Below, piece after piece: positions 10,863 to 22,100 of a stretch of 64,000 nt of DNA. The position numbers and the translations under genes are program-made. The notes under the pieces are model-generated. The model was given only the letters and a program-made list of their open reading frames with translations. It had not been told where the DNA came from and did no database searches. Source of the DNA: Macrostomum lignano (lineage: Eukaryota); NCBI GenBank assembly GCA_002269645.1, contig NIVC01002210.1:128086-192085 (forward strand), written 5' to 3'. Numbering within the stretch: the stretch's first letter is position 1; each line of letters starts with the position of its first letter.

Positions 10863-12063
10863 TCCAATATACTAAAAATCATCCAATATACTAAAAATGA
10901 GTGTGTGTGTGTGTGTGTGTGTGTGTGCGACACGTTTAAAAGCAAACCGTTTGACCAATTTTCTCCATTTTTTGACCAACTTGTAGGAAATTTATCAGAG
11001 ATGGTATGATTATTTTTTGGTATGTTTTGATCAATGTTAAGTACCTGTAAAAGGTGAAAAACATGTGTTCTCCCTATCTAATTAGTGTATTTTTCTTGCA
11101 GTGAAAGCTCAATGTCTATGGCCATAGACTAAACTTCAATTCAAGTTCTTGAACTGATGCTACGAGCTATAAATAATTAAATATTCAAAAGTATATGCAC
11201 AAGGAAGAGAAAAATGCTCATTAAACCTCTTTAAAGCTCACTTTCAGGGAGGTTATTGACATAGATTTAATTTTGCGGGATTTAATCGATCACTTTCCCG
11301 GACAGCACACTGAAGCATCAGGGGGGGGGGGGGCAGCCACAAGTATTATTGTATGTATCTAAATAAGCAAGCTTCTCTCTTCTCTTCCTTCGTGACTAGA
11401 GAAATTTCTTATTGGGATTTTGTCTATGGTAAGAATGTGGGGGCTTCGCCCCCATATCCCCAGCAGGGGCTTCGCCCCCACACCCCCATCCCCAACTTCA
11501 ACCATAGACATACCAAGTATGGCTCCGGGATTTATATGAATACATCCCGCAAAATTAAAGTAGTTTAAATAAGATATTCTATGGGTTTTTCGGTCGGTAT
11601 TTCACTTAAATCCCTCGAGCCTTCGGCTACGTGTGTAATACATTAAGACCCTGGCTAACTGGTGGACTATATAGACAATTGCTATTTATAGATTTCATTC
11701 AATAGTGCATTGGCTCTGCCCACACACTGAGCGGCCTATCGCTGCTATGTATTTGACTGCAGTGCCAAAGCATATATGGCTGATGTTAAAAATGGTCTGT
11801 CTGTGTGTGCCCCGGGTCTTGGGTGCTTGCTGTCTGGGGGATGCTTGCTGTCTGGGGGATGCTTGCTGTCTGTGTGATGCTTGCTGTCTGTGTGATGCTT
11901 GCTGTCTGGTGGATGCTTGCTGTCTGGGGGATTGCTTGCTGTATGACGAATGCTTGTTGTCTGGGGAATTGCTTGCTATCTGGGGGATCACTTGCTACAT
12001 TACATCATTATTAAAATTATTACATTCTTTATTTGCTCCCCAACGGGGGGTGTAGATTGCTAG
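10863..12063 (+). mobile_element. Non-autonomous Helitron-like element B, head-to-tail with A
   Basis: Starts TCCAATATACTAAAAA directly after the CTAG of A; (GT)n near the 5' end; shares an ~140-bp segment with A (7855-8005 vs 11070-11206); ends CCCCAACGGGGGG-TGTAGATTG-CTAG|T (CTAG 12060-12063). Confidence 0.68.
11815..11990. repeat. 17-bp minisatellite (TGCTTGCTRTCTGGGGG-like) inside Helitron B
   Basis: Same unit as the reverse complement of the 22425-23378 array. Confidence 0.85.
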
Positions 12064-12712
12064 TGAATTACTAATTGGTTTTTTCCGAGGATGAAATTTA
12101 AGCAAACCAAACATTATTGTCCTATAGAAATACTACTCATTCTATAGTAGGCTGCATGCGTGTTGCCAGATAAATTTGCCATAATTTGCTTCGCCTATTT
12201 TATGGTGAATCATCGTTGCAACCCTCCCATTTTGTCCCGGCGGGTGATGAGTCATCGTGTACAACCCTCCCATTCTGTCCCAGCGGGTGATGAGTCATCG
12301 TCATGTGAGTTAATTGATGAGTTATGAATGCAGTTCAATTGTCGCCTTGGCCCTACAAGCCAAACCAATTATGTACATCTGATTGCTATGAATGAAGTGG
12401 AACCGACACAGAACAAACTTAAAACAAGACGCAATGTTTTGCAAATCAAATTAATGTTTCAATATTTCCACCATTCCTGATTCTAATAATACCCTAGTGC
12501 TACACGCATACATCAGCCTGCGACTCAACACTTGGCTTAGAAACCAACGAGAATTGCCATAGACGAAGTATTCTTAGAGTACAGGGTGCATCAGAATCGT
12601 ATAGAGCTATTATGGGTGAAAGATTCGCCCTGATCTACTTACAATAACACGGAGACTTGAATCAGTTAGCCGCAATCAAAAGTACACAAATTTAAGTAAT
12701 ACAATTATCACC

Positions 12713-15700
12713 ATGGAGCAGCAGTTGGAGCTGTCAGACCTCGACCAGGCCACGGTGACATCCAGCAGCAGTCAGCTGGAGACGGTACAGCCGTTCACCA
12801 TCGAGGATTCGCCACCGCTGGAGCCGGGCTCGACCTTGCTGCAGCCTGACAGCGGCACGATGATGTGCACCAGCCCGCGTCACCGCAGCCCGTCGGCCGT
12901 TGCTATCGCAAAGTTGCAGTCGTGAGTTGGAATTTTTATTTGCAACACTATTTTATGGAACTTCTGATCGAATCAACGTAATCTGTATTGCCGCTCTGAT
13001 TCAGATCAAAGAAGAAGAGCGAGCGGCACAAAGCGAAAGGTTGGGCTGAAAGCAATCAGGTACGGTAGGTCGGCTAAAAAATGATTTCTGGTTGGATTTT
13101 CTGCTGAATCATGTGCTCAATGGTGTACTTAGTAGTGTGCTCAATAGTGTGCCCAATACTAAGTGTACTCAATAGTGTGCTCAGTGGTGTGCTCAATTTT
13201 GTGGTCAGTGTTGTGCTCAATAGGTTTCTAAGTGGTGTGCTCAGTTGGGTTCTCAATGGTGTGCTCATGGTGTGCTCATCGTGTGCTTATTGGTGTGCTC
13301 AATAATGTGCTCAATGGTGTGCTCAATAGTGTGCTCAATACATGTAGTGTGCTCAATTATGTGCTCAGTAGTATGCTAAATAGTGTGCTTAATTTGCTGA
13401 ACCCATGTACTCAAGTCAGTGCTGAGCTGAAAACTAAATTGGCAAGCTTAGCACCAGCCAATGCAAACAGCTACAGAACCCGTGCAACCCCGAACCAACC
13501 CAGCTGTCGCACAACAGAGCCTCAGTCCGCGCCGCCGCCTCCTCAGACGATCGCGGCACTTACTCGTTTTCGTCCACCAGCTCGTCGACTTCTTCGTCAG
13601 CCTCGGCGATTGAGCAGGACAGCTTGTCGTCGGCCAGCGTCGATAGAAAGCCGGTGAGCAGCACCGAGGACGCGGCGGTGGCGGCGGTTTCGGCCAAAAT
13701 CAACGAAGATTTCGCCACGAACCAGTCGGCCAAATCGCCGGCCACCTTTGCCAGCGGCGGCAGCAGCGGCGGCAGCGGCAGCGAAGACAGCAGCGACTGC
13801 ACAGACAGTCACAACAGCGGCAGCAGCGGCAGCGAAATCAGCGACGATCGGGTTGTTGTTCGAGGCGGCGGCGGTGGCGGCGGTGGCGGCGGTGGCGGCG
13901 GTGGCGGCGGTCTCTACAGCAACTCGAACCTGGCCAGCGACGCTCTGGAACAGTCGGGTAGGGGCTGAGAGTCCAGCAGAGAGTCCGGCTGAGAGTCCAG
14001 CAGAGAGTCCGGTAGAGAGTCCTGTAGAGAGTCCGGTAGAGAGTCTGGTAGAGAGTCCGGTAGAGAGTCTGGTAGAGAGTCCGGTAGAGAGTCCATTAGA
14101 GAGTCCATTAGAGAGTCCATTAGAGAGTCCATTAGAGAGTCCATTAGGGAGTCCATTACAGAGTCCATTAGAGAGTCCATTACAGAGTCCATTAGAGAGT
14201 CCAATAGAGTCAAATAAAGAGTCCAATAAAGAGTCCATTAGAGAGTCCATTAGAGAGTCCATTAGAGAGTTCAATAAAGAGTCCAATAAAGAGTCCATTA
14301 GAGAGTCTATTAGAGATTCCGTTAAGGAGTCCATTAGAGAGTCCATTAGAGAGTCCATTAGGGAGTCCATTACAGAGTCCATTAGAGAGTCCATTACAGA
14401 GTCCATTAGAGAGTCTATTAGAGAGTCCAATAAAGAGTCCAATAAAGAGTCCAATAAAGAGTCCATTAGAGAGTCTATTAGAGATTCCGTTAAGGAGTCC
14501 ATTAGAGAGTCCATTAGAGAGTCCAGCAGAGATTCTAGCAGAGAGTCCTGCTGAGAGTCCATTTGAGGGCTCAACAGAGAGTCCCACACCAGTTCCCCAT
14601 CCGCCGGCTCCGCAGAAGCGGAAGAATCCCAGGAACCCGAAACCGAAGGCGTGGAAGAGGACTCGGCGCCGGCGATGCGGTCCACCGATGAAGAGAACGA
14701 CACTTCGGCGACTGAGGGCCCCAGCACTGACGGTGGCATGGAAGGCGACTCCTCGGAGTTTGGCGTGGGCGAGCAGACTGACTCGGTGGTGAGGCCTGGC
14801 AATTGGGTATTGCAGATCAGACTCTACAACCAGCGGGTATTGCAGATCAGACTCTTCAGCGGGTATTGCAGCCACAATCAGCGGGTATTTCAGGCTCTAT
14901 CAGTAGGTATTGCAGCATCTATAGGTGGGTATTTCAGCCTCTATCAGTGGGTATTGCAGCCTCTATCAGTGGGTATTGCAGCCTCTATCAGTGGGTATTG
15001 CAGCCTCTATCAGCGGGTATTGCAGCCACAATCAGCAGGTATTGCAGCCTCTATCAGTGGGTATTGCAGCCTCTATCAGTGGGTATTGCAGCCACAATCA
15101 GCAGGTATTGCAGCCTCTATCAGTGGGTATTTCAGCCACAATCAGTGGGTATTGCAGCCACAATCAGCAGGTATTGCAGCCTCTATCAGTGGGTATTGCA
15201 GCCACAATCAGTGGGTATTTCAGCCACAATCAGCGGGTATTGCAGCCTCTATCAGTGGGTATTGCAGCCACAATCAGCGGGTATTGCAGCCACACCCACG
15301 GTCACCTTCAGTTTGCCAATCTCGGGGAGACTTCGGACGCGGAGGCGGCCTCCCTGACGGAGGGCAACGCCGAGAAGCCGGCGACTCAGCGCCAATCTCT
15401 GCGACTCAACAAAAACGAGATCGCCAACCTCATCGAGAAGGCCATCCTGGATTTCTGCTCCTCGCGCACTGTTGAAACCATGCGCAGAATGTTTGCCGGC
15501 GTCACCAATGACTCCGACGCGTTGCTACGCGACGGTGGACGGCATGACGATAAATCGGCGTCGACGCCGCACCCGGTGACTGGCGAGCTGGTCAAGGAGG
15601 GCGTCATCATCGGCGATGTGGACATCTTCGCGCCCAGAATGCAGCGGGAGTTTATCCTGCCGGTGAAGGACTCGCTAATTGAGGCTTTCCTGAAAGAGCC

Positions 15701-16900
15701 GGGCGTGTTCCGGGCCATCTGCTACCGGACCCGCTGCCAGGTGCGAAATTGTCTTTTTTTCCCCTATAGTTCCCCGCGGGTCCGGGTTTGGGAAGAAGGG
15801 AGGAGGAAGAGGAGTGAGGGCAGGGTGCAACAAGACATCCCGGGTTCGATTCGGTGTTGTATTTTATTCGTCCACTAGACCCCAGTAGTCCGGACGAAGC
15901 AATCCCAAATCGAACGCAGGTTGAGGTGACCCGCCGCCTGCTGAACCGCAAGCTGTGCATCGGCGGCCGCTGGCACAAGTACATGATCATCAGGATTGTC
16001 GGGCCAACATTCAAGTGCATCGAGAACTGCGACACCCTGCTGCAGAAGGCGGTGCCCAGCTACAAGTGGCGCAAAACCTACCACACTGCCGCAGTCTGCC
16101 GGATGTACCTCCGCGAAGACGTGCCGGACAATGCTGAGCTGTACTTTGGCTACCAACGCACAGGGGGCAGCTCGCACAGGTTCGGCGCGCTCAAGCTCGA
16201 GTCGCCGTACAGACAGACGGCCACGCGAACTGTGGGTAACTCGCCGTGGAAGTTCGGCTTGTTCAAGGTGAGATTCTGCAGGAATTCTGAACGGAGACAT
16301 GCTGATTACCCCACACCGTACACCAAACCCGAACCCAACAACGCACACCCCAACACAACACACCAGAAACCCCACACCTCCCATTTGACACCCACAACTC
16401 ACACCATACCACACCCCACGCCCACACCGCTACACCCCACACGCCCACGTCTCTACACTCCACGCCCACACCTCTACACTCCAAGCCCACACCTCTACAC
16501 TCCACGCCTCTACACCTCTACACCCACGCCTCTACACCTCTACACCCACGCCTCTACACTTCACACGCCTACACTCGCGATGCCCCAATTCCCCGCTCTC
16601 CTTACGAGCGTATGTTCGCAAGACCAAAGAGCCGCATATCAGCCTACTGTCCGAACCGTACACCAATGCACTTGGCAACCAACCCAGGTGGGCAAGTTGA
16701 CCTTCTCGGCGCCGGCAGTGAAGCTGTGCATGAAGCACGTGTACCCCAGCCTGGGCTACCAGACCACCAGCAACCTGGAGCCGGAGTACCAGGGCGTGAA
16801 CGCGGTGGAACGAATCACAGCCCTGCACGACCAGTTCCAGATGGGCCGGCAGTCGGCTCTTGCGCTGAAACGGGCCCTCACTATACCCGTGTGCCGTTGA
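12713..16900 (+). CDS. Uncharacterised protein: long Ser/Gly/acidic low-complexity N-terminus, divergent KH-like domain, conserved-looking C-terminus
   Basis: Exons 12713-12921, 13005-13059, ~13504-13957 (acceptor uncertain), 14616-14788, 15312-15740, 15920-16267, 16688-16900 join in phase with GT-AG. The 3' exons encode a non-repetitive globular region ([53 protein letters not shown]). Confidence 0.7.
13105..13390. repeat. GTGTGCTCAATA-type 12-bp minisatellite, intronic
   Basis: Tandem degenerate copies. Confidence 0.8.
13965..14580. repeat. 12-bp minisatellite (GAGAGTCCATTA)n, intronic
   Basis: About 50 copies between donor 13958 and acceptor 14615. Confidence 0.9.
14795..15295. repeat. 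22-bp minisatellite (GCAGCCTCTATCAGTGGGTATT / GCAGCCACAATCAGCGGGTATT), intronic
   Basis: Two alternating variants filling intron 14789-15311. Confidence 0.9.
16320..16570. repeat. C/A-rich CTCTACAC repeat, intronic
   Basis: Direct inspection. Confidence 0.75.
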
Positions 16901-17339
16901 ATTGCCTTATCAGGCACAACCGGACCGGCTGCCATCTGGAGACCAATATTTGTTTTCAGTTTCATAGAATCAGCTCACCGCAGATAGGAACATACCGTCA
17001 CTTTTTTAAACAACTATAATTTCTCAAATAGTTGCATTTTTACAACTGACTAAAACACTATTATTTCACCAAAAAGACAGCGCAATACTTGCGAAAACAG
17101 CCTTCTTGGTGCGCATAGGCCCGCAGCTAACTAGCGCCTATACCGTACAGCATATACGGACCTGAGTTTCAGAGTATTGCAACAATAAAACTATAATTTC
17201 CATTTTTTGCATTTTCCTGCGGCTGAACTCGGAGGCAAATCAGCACCGTTGATTCATTTACCTGTGTATTACAAAAATCATATAGTATGCAGTCTTTGTC
17301 CTTGTTCTGCGTCTTTGTCATATACATGTAGAGTGTACT

Positions 17340-17820
17340 GCCTGCCTGCCTGTCTGTCTGTCTGTCTGTCTGTGTCAGTCACTCTGTCTGTCTGCATCTG
17401 GCTGCCTGTCTGTCTGTCTGTCTGTGTCAGTCACTCTGTCTGTCTGCATCTGGCTGCCTGTCTGTCTGTCTGTCTGTGTCAGTCACTCTGTCTGCATCTG
17501 GCTGCCTGTCTGTCTGTCTGTCTGTCTGTGTCAGTCACTCTGTCTGTCTGCATCTGGCTGCCTGTCTGTCTGTCTGTCTGTGTCAGTCACTCTGTCTGTC
17601 TGCATCTGGCTGCCTGTCTGTCTGTCTGTCTGTGTCAGTCACTCTGTCTGTCTGCATCTGGCTGCCTGTCTGTCTGTCTGTCTGTGTCAGTCACTCTGTC
17701 TGTCTGCATCTGGCTGCCTGTCTGTCTGTCTGTCTGTGTGAGTCACTCTGTCTGTCTGCATCTGGCTGCCTGTCTGTCTGCTTGTCTGTCTGTCAGGCAG
17801 TTCTGTCTGCCTACCTGTCA
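17340..17820. repeat. Compound (TGTC)n minisatellite with AGTCACTC and GCATCTGGCTGCC spacers
   Basis: Roughly 50-bp higher-order unit repeated about 9 times. Confidence 0.9.
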
Positions 17821-18094
17821 GTCCGCAGCCAATAGAAAGTACAAAAACATTGCACGCATTCACTGCATTTACCACAGAGCAGTTACTCCATGCATTTACT
17901 CCGACTGGCCTTGGGATTTCCGCGTCTCAAAAAATGAATTTCCCTAGCCTATAGACCGTAGAATATATGAACAATTAGCAAAATTAATACGCTCGTATGA
18001 TCAGAGTAAATGCATGGAGTATATGCCCGTTGTAATAAGTGCTCGGAGTAAATGTTTGGAGGAATCAGCCTGACGTTTTAAAATTAGTATGGTT

Positions 18095-18357
18095 TTATTA
18101 ATAGCAGTGTTGTTTTAATAGTAGTTTTGTTTTAATGCTAGTGTTGTTTTAATAGTAGTTTTGTTTTAATGCTAGTGTTGTTTTAATAGTAGTGTTGTTA
18201 ATAGCAGTGTAGTTTCAATAGTAGCATTGTTTAATAGCAGTGTTGTATTAATAGCAGTGTTGTTTTAATAGCAGTGTTGTATTAATAGCAGTGTTGTATT
18301 AATAGCAGTGTTGTTTTAATAGCAGTGTTGTATTAATAGCAGTGTTGTATTAATAGT
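18095..18357. repeat. TAATAGCAGTGTTGT-type minisatellite
   Basis: Direct inspection. Confidence 0.8.
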
Positions 18358-19181
18358 CCTGTCATTTGAGCATCAATTTGCCGGTCATCTAATTGATTAT
18401 AATAATGTTTTAATATTAATTAACTAGTCAGTCAACTCTAATCGTTTCAAGATTATAGTCAGTAGGTTAGATTAGGGTTAGGGCTAAGTTAGAGTTGGGT
18501 TAGGTTAGGGTTAGTGCTTATAGATGCAGATATGTATAGGTAGATAGGCAGGGATCGAGTTCATATCGAAAAGAAATGCTCAGTTGGGCATTAGAAATGA
18601 TCAACAGACTAATGGATATATGGATGTTTCCCTATGAACAAAATCGAACTCACCAGGCATCAAATACTGTTGCCAAGAGGATTCCCGACAAATCAGATGT
18701 ACAGTAAATAACGGTTCAGCTGTATAAACTGGCGCTGACAGATGCAATCGAATTCAATTCAATAGAGATGCAAATCTTAGCAGATGCAAATATTCAAAGT
18801 TATTAGCGAAAGTTTTCCAAGTCAAACATTTTTGACACAGAATTCGCGCCCTTCTAGGCGTAAAAGACACCGTAAGAAAACAGTCTGTCTGTCTGCCTGT
18901 CTGCCTGCCTGTCTGTCTGCCTGTCTGCCTGCCTGTCTGTCTGTCTGTCTGCCTGTCTGTCTGCCTGTCTGTCTGCCTGCCAGTCCGGAGCCAACAGAAA
19001 GTACAAAGCACCGCAAGGAAACAGAAGCATTTAGTGCATAAGAGAATCAGCTAGATAATTATCCAATCAAATTTATTGAATTTCGCAACGTCACAGCATC
19101 AGCATTGTGCATAAGTTATGAATGTGAACAGAATACAAATCCAGTTTTGCATTCAGATCTGGATAACGCGAATAAGAAAAG

Positions 19182-22100
19182 CTACTCAGAAGCCGCTGCT
19201 GATGAAGCGCCTGCCGAATCCGCAGCCAGCTTCTCCCGAACAATGACAGTAGAATAATCCCCAGAACCCGGCTGACCGCGGCAGATTTTCAAATCAACTT
19301 TGCGCTGCTTGGCCGAGTCGGACACGATGAGCTCCACTCGATCGCCAGAGCTCAATAGGCCGAATTCGTCTGCCAATGCCAGCTGGCTCACCACCTGCCG
19401 GTCAACTTCGTATTTGATCGACCTGGCGCCGTAGTGATAGTCATACCCGTCGGACAGCGCCTCGACTGCTTCGCCGCTCCAGACCAGATCGATGCCGTGG
19501 CGGTCCTTGGCCACGGCTGCCCACTTGTTGAGCTGCCGGTTGACCAGCTGAGCCAGCTCGGCGGAGTTGAACGGCAGGAAGTAGACGATCTCATTGATTC
19601 GGCCAAGGAACTCGTCGCGGCGGAAGTGACGCTTGAGGATTGGGCGAACTACAGTGTCCTTGAAGTCGCGGCTCACCTGCCAGGTGCGGGAGTTGGGAGA
19701 TTTTGCTGGTAACAGGTTATCTAACCGGTGTTTTTGACAGGGCTAATCACAGGTGATCTAACCGGTGTTTTTGACAAGGCTAATAACAGGTGATCTAACT
19801 GGTGCTTTTTGACAGGGCTAACAGGTAATTTAACCGGTTTTTTGACAGGGCTAATAACAGGTGATCTAACCGGTGCTTTTTGCTGAAGAAATAACAGGGA
19901 TCCAAGCGGTGAATAAAAACCCGGTGACTCGTATACAACAGGGGATCCAACAGGTACTGAAACAGCAAAATCACCTCGGCCTCGACTTGCAGCTCCCTGC
20001 TGCCGGCACCGCCGCTGCGGCCAGCGCCCCCGGCCGCCTCGGCCTGCCTCAGGCGCTGCCCGTACTCGGCAATTTGATCCGATGCCAAATTCGATGTCAT
20101 GATGAACACCGCGTCCTTACAGCTGACCGTGCGACCCTGGCCATCGGTTAGGCGACCTTCGTCGAACAATTGGAGCAGCGTGCTGAGCACGTCCGGATGG
20201 GCCTTGTCCACCTCGTCCAGCAGGACTATGGCCGACGGGCAGCGTTGCAGCGCCTGGGGGATTCAGGGTGATGTAGCGAAAGAATTTCCCAAAAAGGGGG
20301 AGGTCGTACGATTCACACCGACGAGTGATACGGTTCATACAAACCGTACAACCCGTGTGAGTGTGTGTACATGTATAAGTGCCTGCCTGCGTACAGTATT
20401 AGCGCGCTTGTCTGTGCTTAAGAGTCAGGGGGATGGGTGGAATTGCCGTCAGCGCTGGTTTATGGGGCCCAACATTTTTGCCAATATTTATCTTTTTGAG
20501 AGTAGAGAAACGATATGTCCTCTCTCCTCTCTTACATCCCCTCTCCCCCTTACACTCTCCTCCTTCCCCTTTCCCCTCTCCTCTTTACCCTCTCCTCCAT
20601 CCCCTCTACCCTCTCCTCCTTCCCCTCTACCCTCTCCTCCATTCCCACTCCTCCTTCCCCTAGCTTCCATCCCTTCTCCCCTCTCCTTCCCGTCTCCCCT
20701 CACCTCCTTGCCCTCTACTGTCTCCTCCGTCTCTCCCCTCTCTCCTAATCTCTATAATTCTCTTACGCCTGAAAAATCTTGAAAACCTGAGTTGCTGTTC
20801 AATTTTCCTCTGCCATCCCTCGCCCAGCATCCTCCCGCCCTGCCTCACCTGTGTCAGCTGGCCGCCGCTCTCGTAGCCAACGTAGCCAGGCGGAGCGCCG
20901 ATCAACTTGGCGGCTTCGTGCTTCTCAGCGTATTCGGACATGTCAAGGCGGACGAAGCCGTACGAATTATTGCCGGATTTTTGCTGCTTTTGGAGAGGCG
21001 ATTGCCGCTGTGACTGAGTCTGCTGCTGCTGCTGCGCCTGCTGGCTGTCTCGGTTCAGGTAGAGCGATACCTGCGAGGTGCATTGTGAATTACGCTCGTA
21101 CAATCTCAAATGCTTAGAAAATCAGCACACCTACCTGAGAGTTCCCATGTCCTCTAAAATCTACGCTCGTACCTGAAATGAAAATCCTCTAGGCATACCC
21201 TGAACATTAGGGAAAATCCCCAAAAAACCTACTTGAAAGTCACTAACAACCTACGTTAAAAACTCCCAAAGACCTACCTGACAACTCCCCAAAACCTACC
21301 TGACAACTCCCCAAAACCTACCTGACAACTCCCCAAAACCTACCTGACAACTCCCCAAAACCTACCTGACAACTCCCCAAAACCTACCTGACAACTCCCC
21401 AAAACCTACCTGACAACTCCCCAAAACCTACCTGACAACTCCCCAAAACCTACCTGACAACTCCCCAAAACCTACCTGACAACTCCCCAAAACCTACCTG
21501 ACAACTCCCCAAAACCTACCTGTCAACTCCCCAAAACCTACCCCAAAACCTACCTGACAACTCCCCAAAACCTACCTGACAACTCCCTAAAACCTACCTG
21601 ACAACTCCCCAAAACCTACCTGACAACTCCCCAAAACCTACCTGACAACTCCCCAAAACCTACCTGACAACTCCCCAAAACCTACCTGACAACTCCCCAA
21701 AACCTACCTGACAACTCCCCAAAACCTACCTGACAACTCCCCAAAACCTACCCCAAAACCTACCTGACAACTCCCCAAAACCTACCCCAAAACCTACCTG
21801 ACAACTCCCCAAAAACCTACCTGACAACTCCCCCAAACCTACCTGAAACCCCCCAAACCTACCTGTTTAGCCAGCTCAGTCTTGCCCACGCCGGAGCTGC
21901 CCAGAAACAGAAACACCAGCGGGTGGTCAGCGTCGCCCCAGCCGTTCTCTTTGCGACGGACAGCCGCGGCGACGCATCGAATGGCGGCCTCCTGGCCGAC
22001 TAGCGACTGGCGCAGCCGCTGCTCAAGCGGGAACTGGCGACGTGCCCGACGGTCGGCTTCGAGTTCGGCCGACTGCAGCAGCCGGCGGACTTGGCTGGCC

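Noticed and set aside
13597-14875. 401-aa and 268-aa ORFs with DSLM/ESIR repeats
   Set aside because: Frames through a 12-bp intronic minisatellite flanked by good splice sites.
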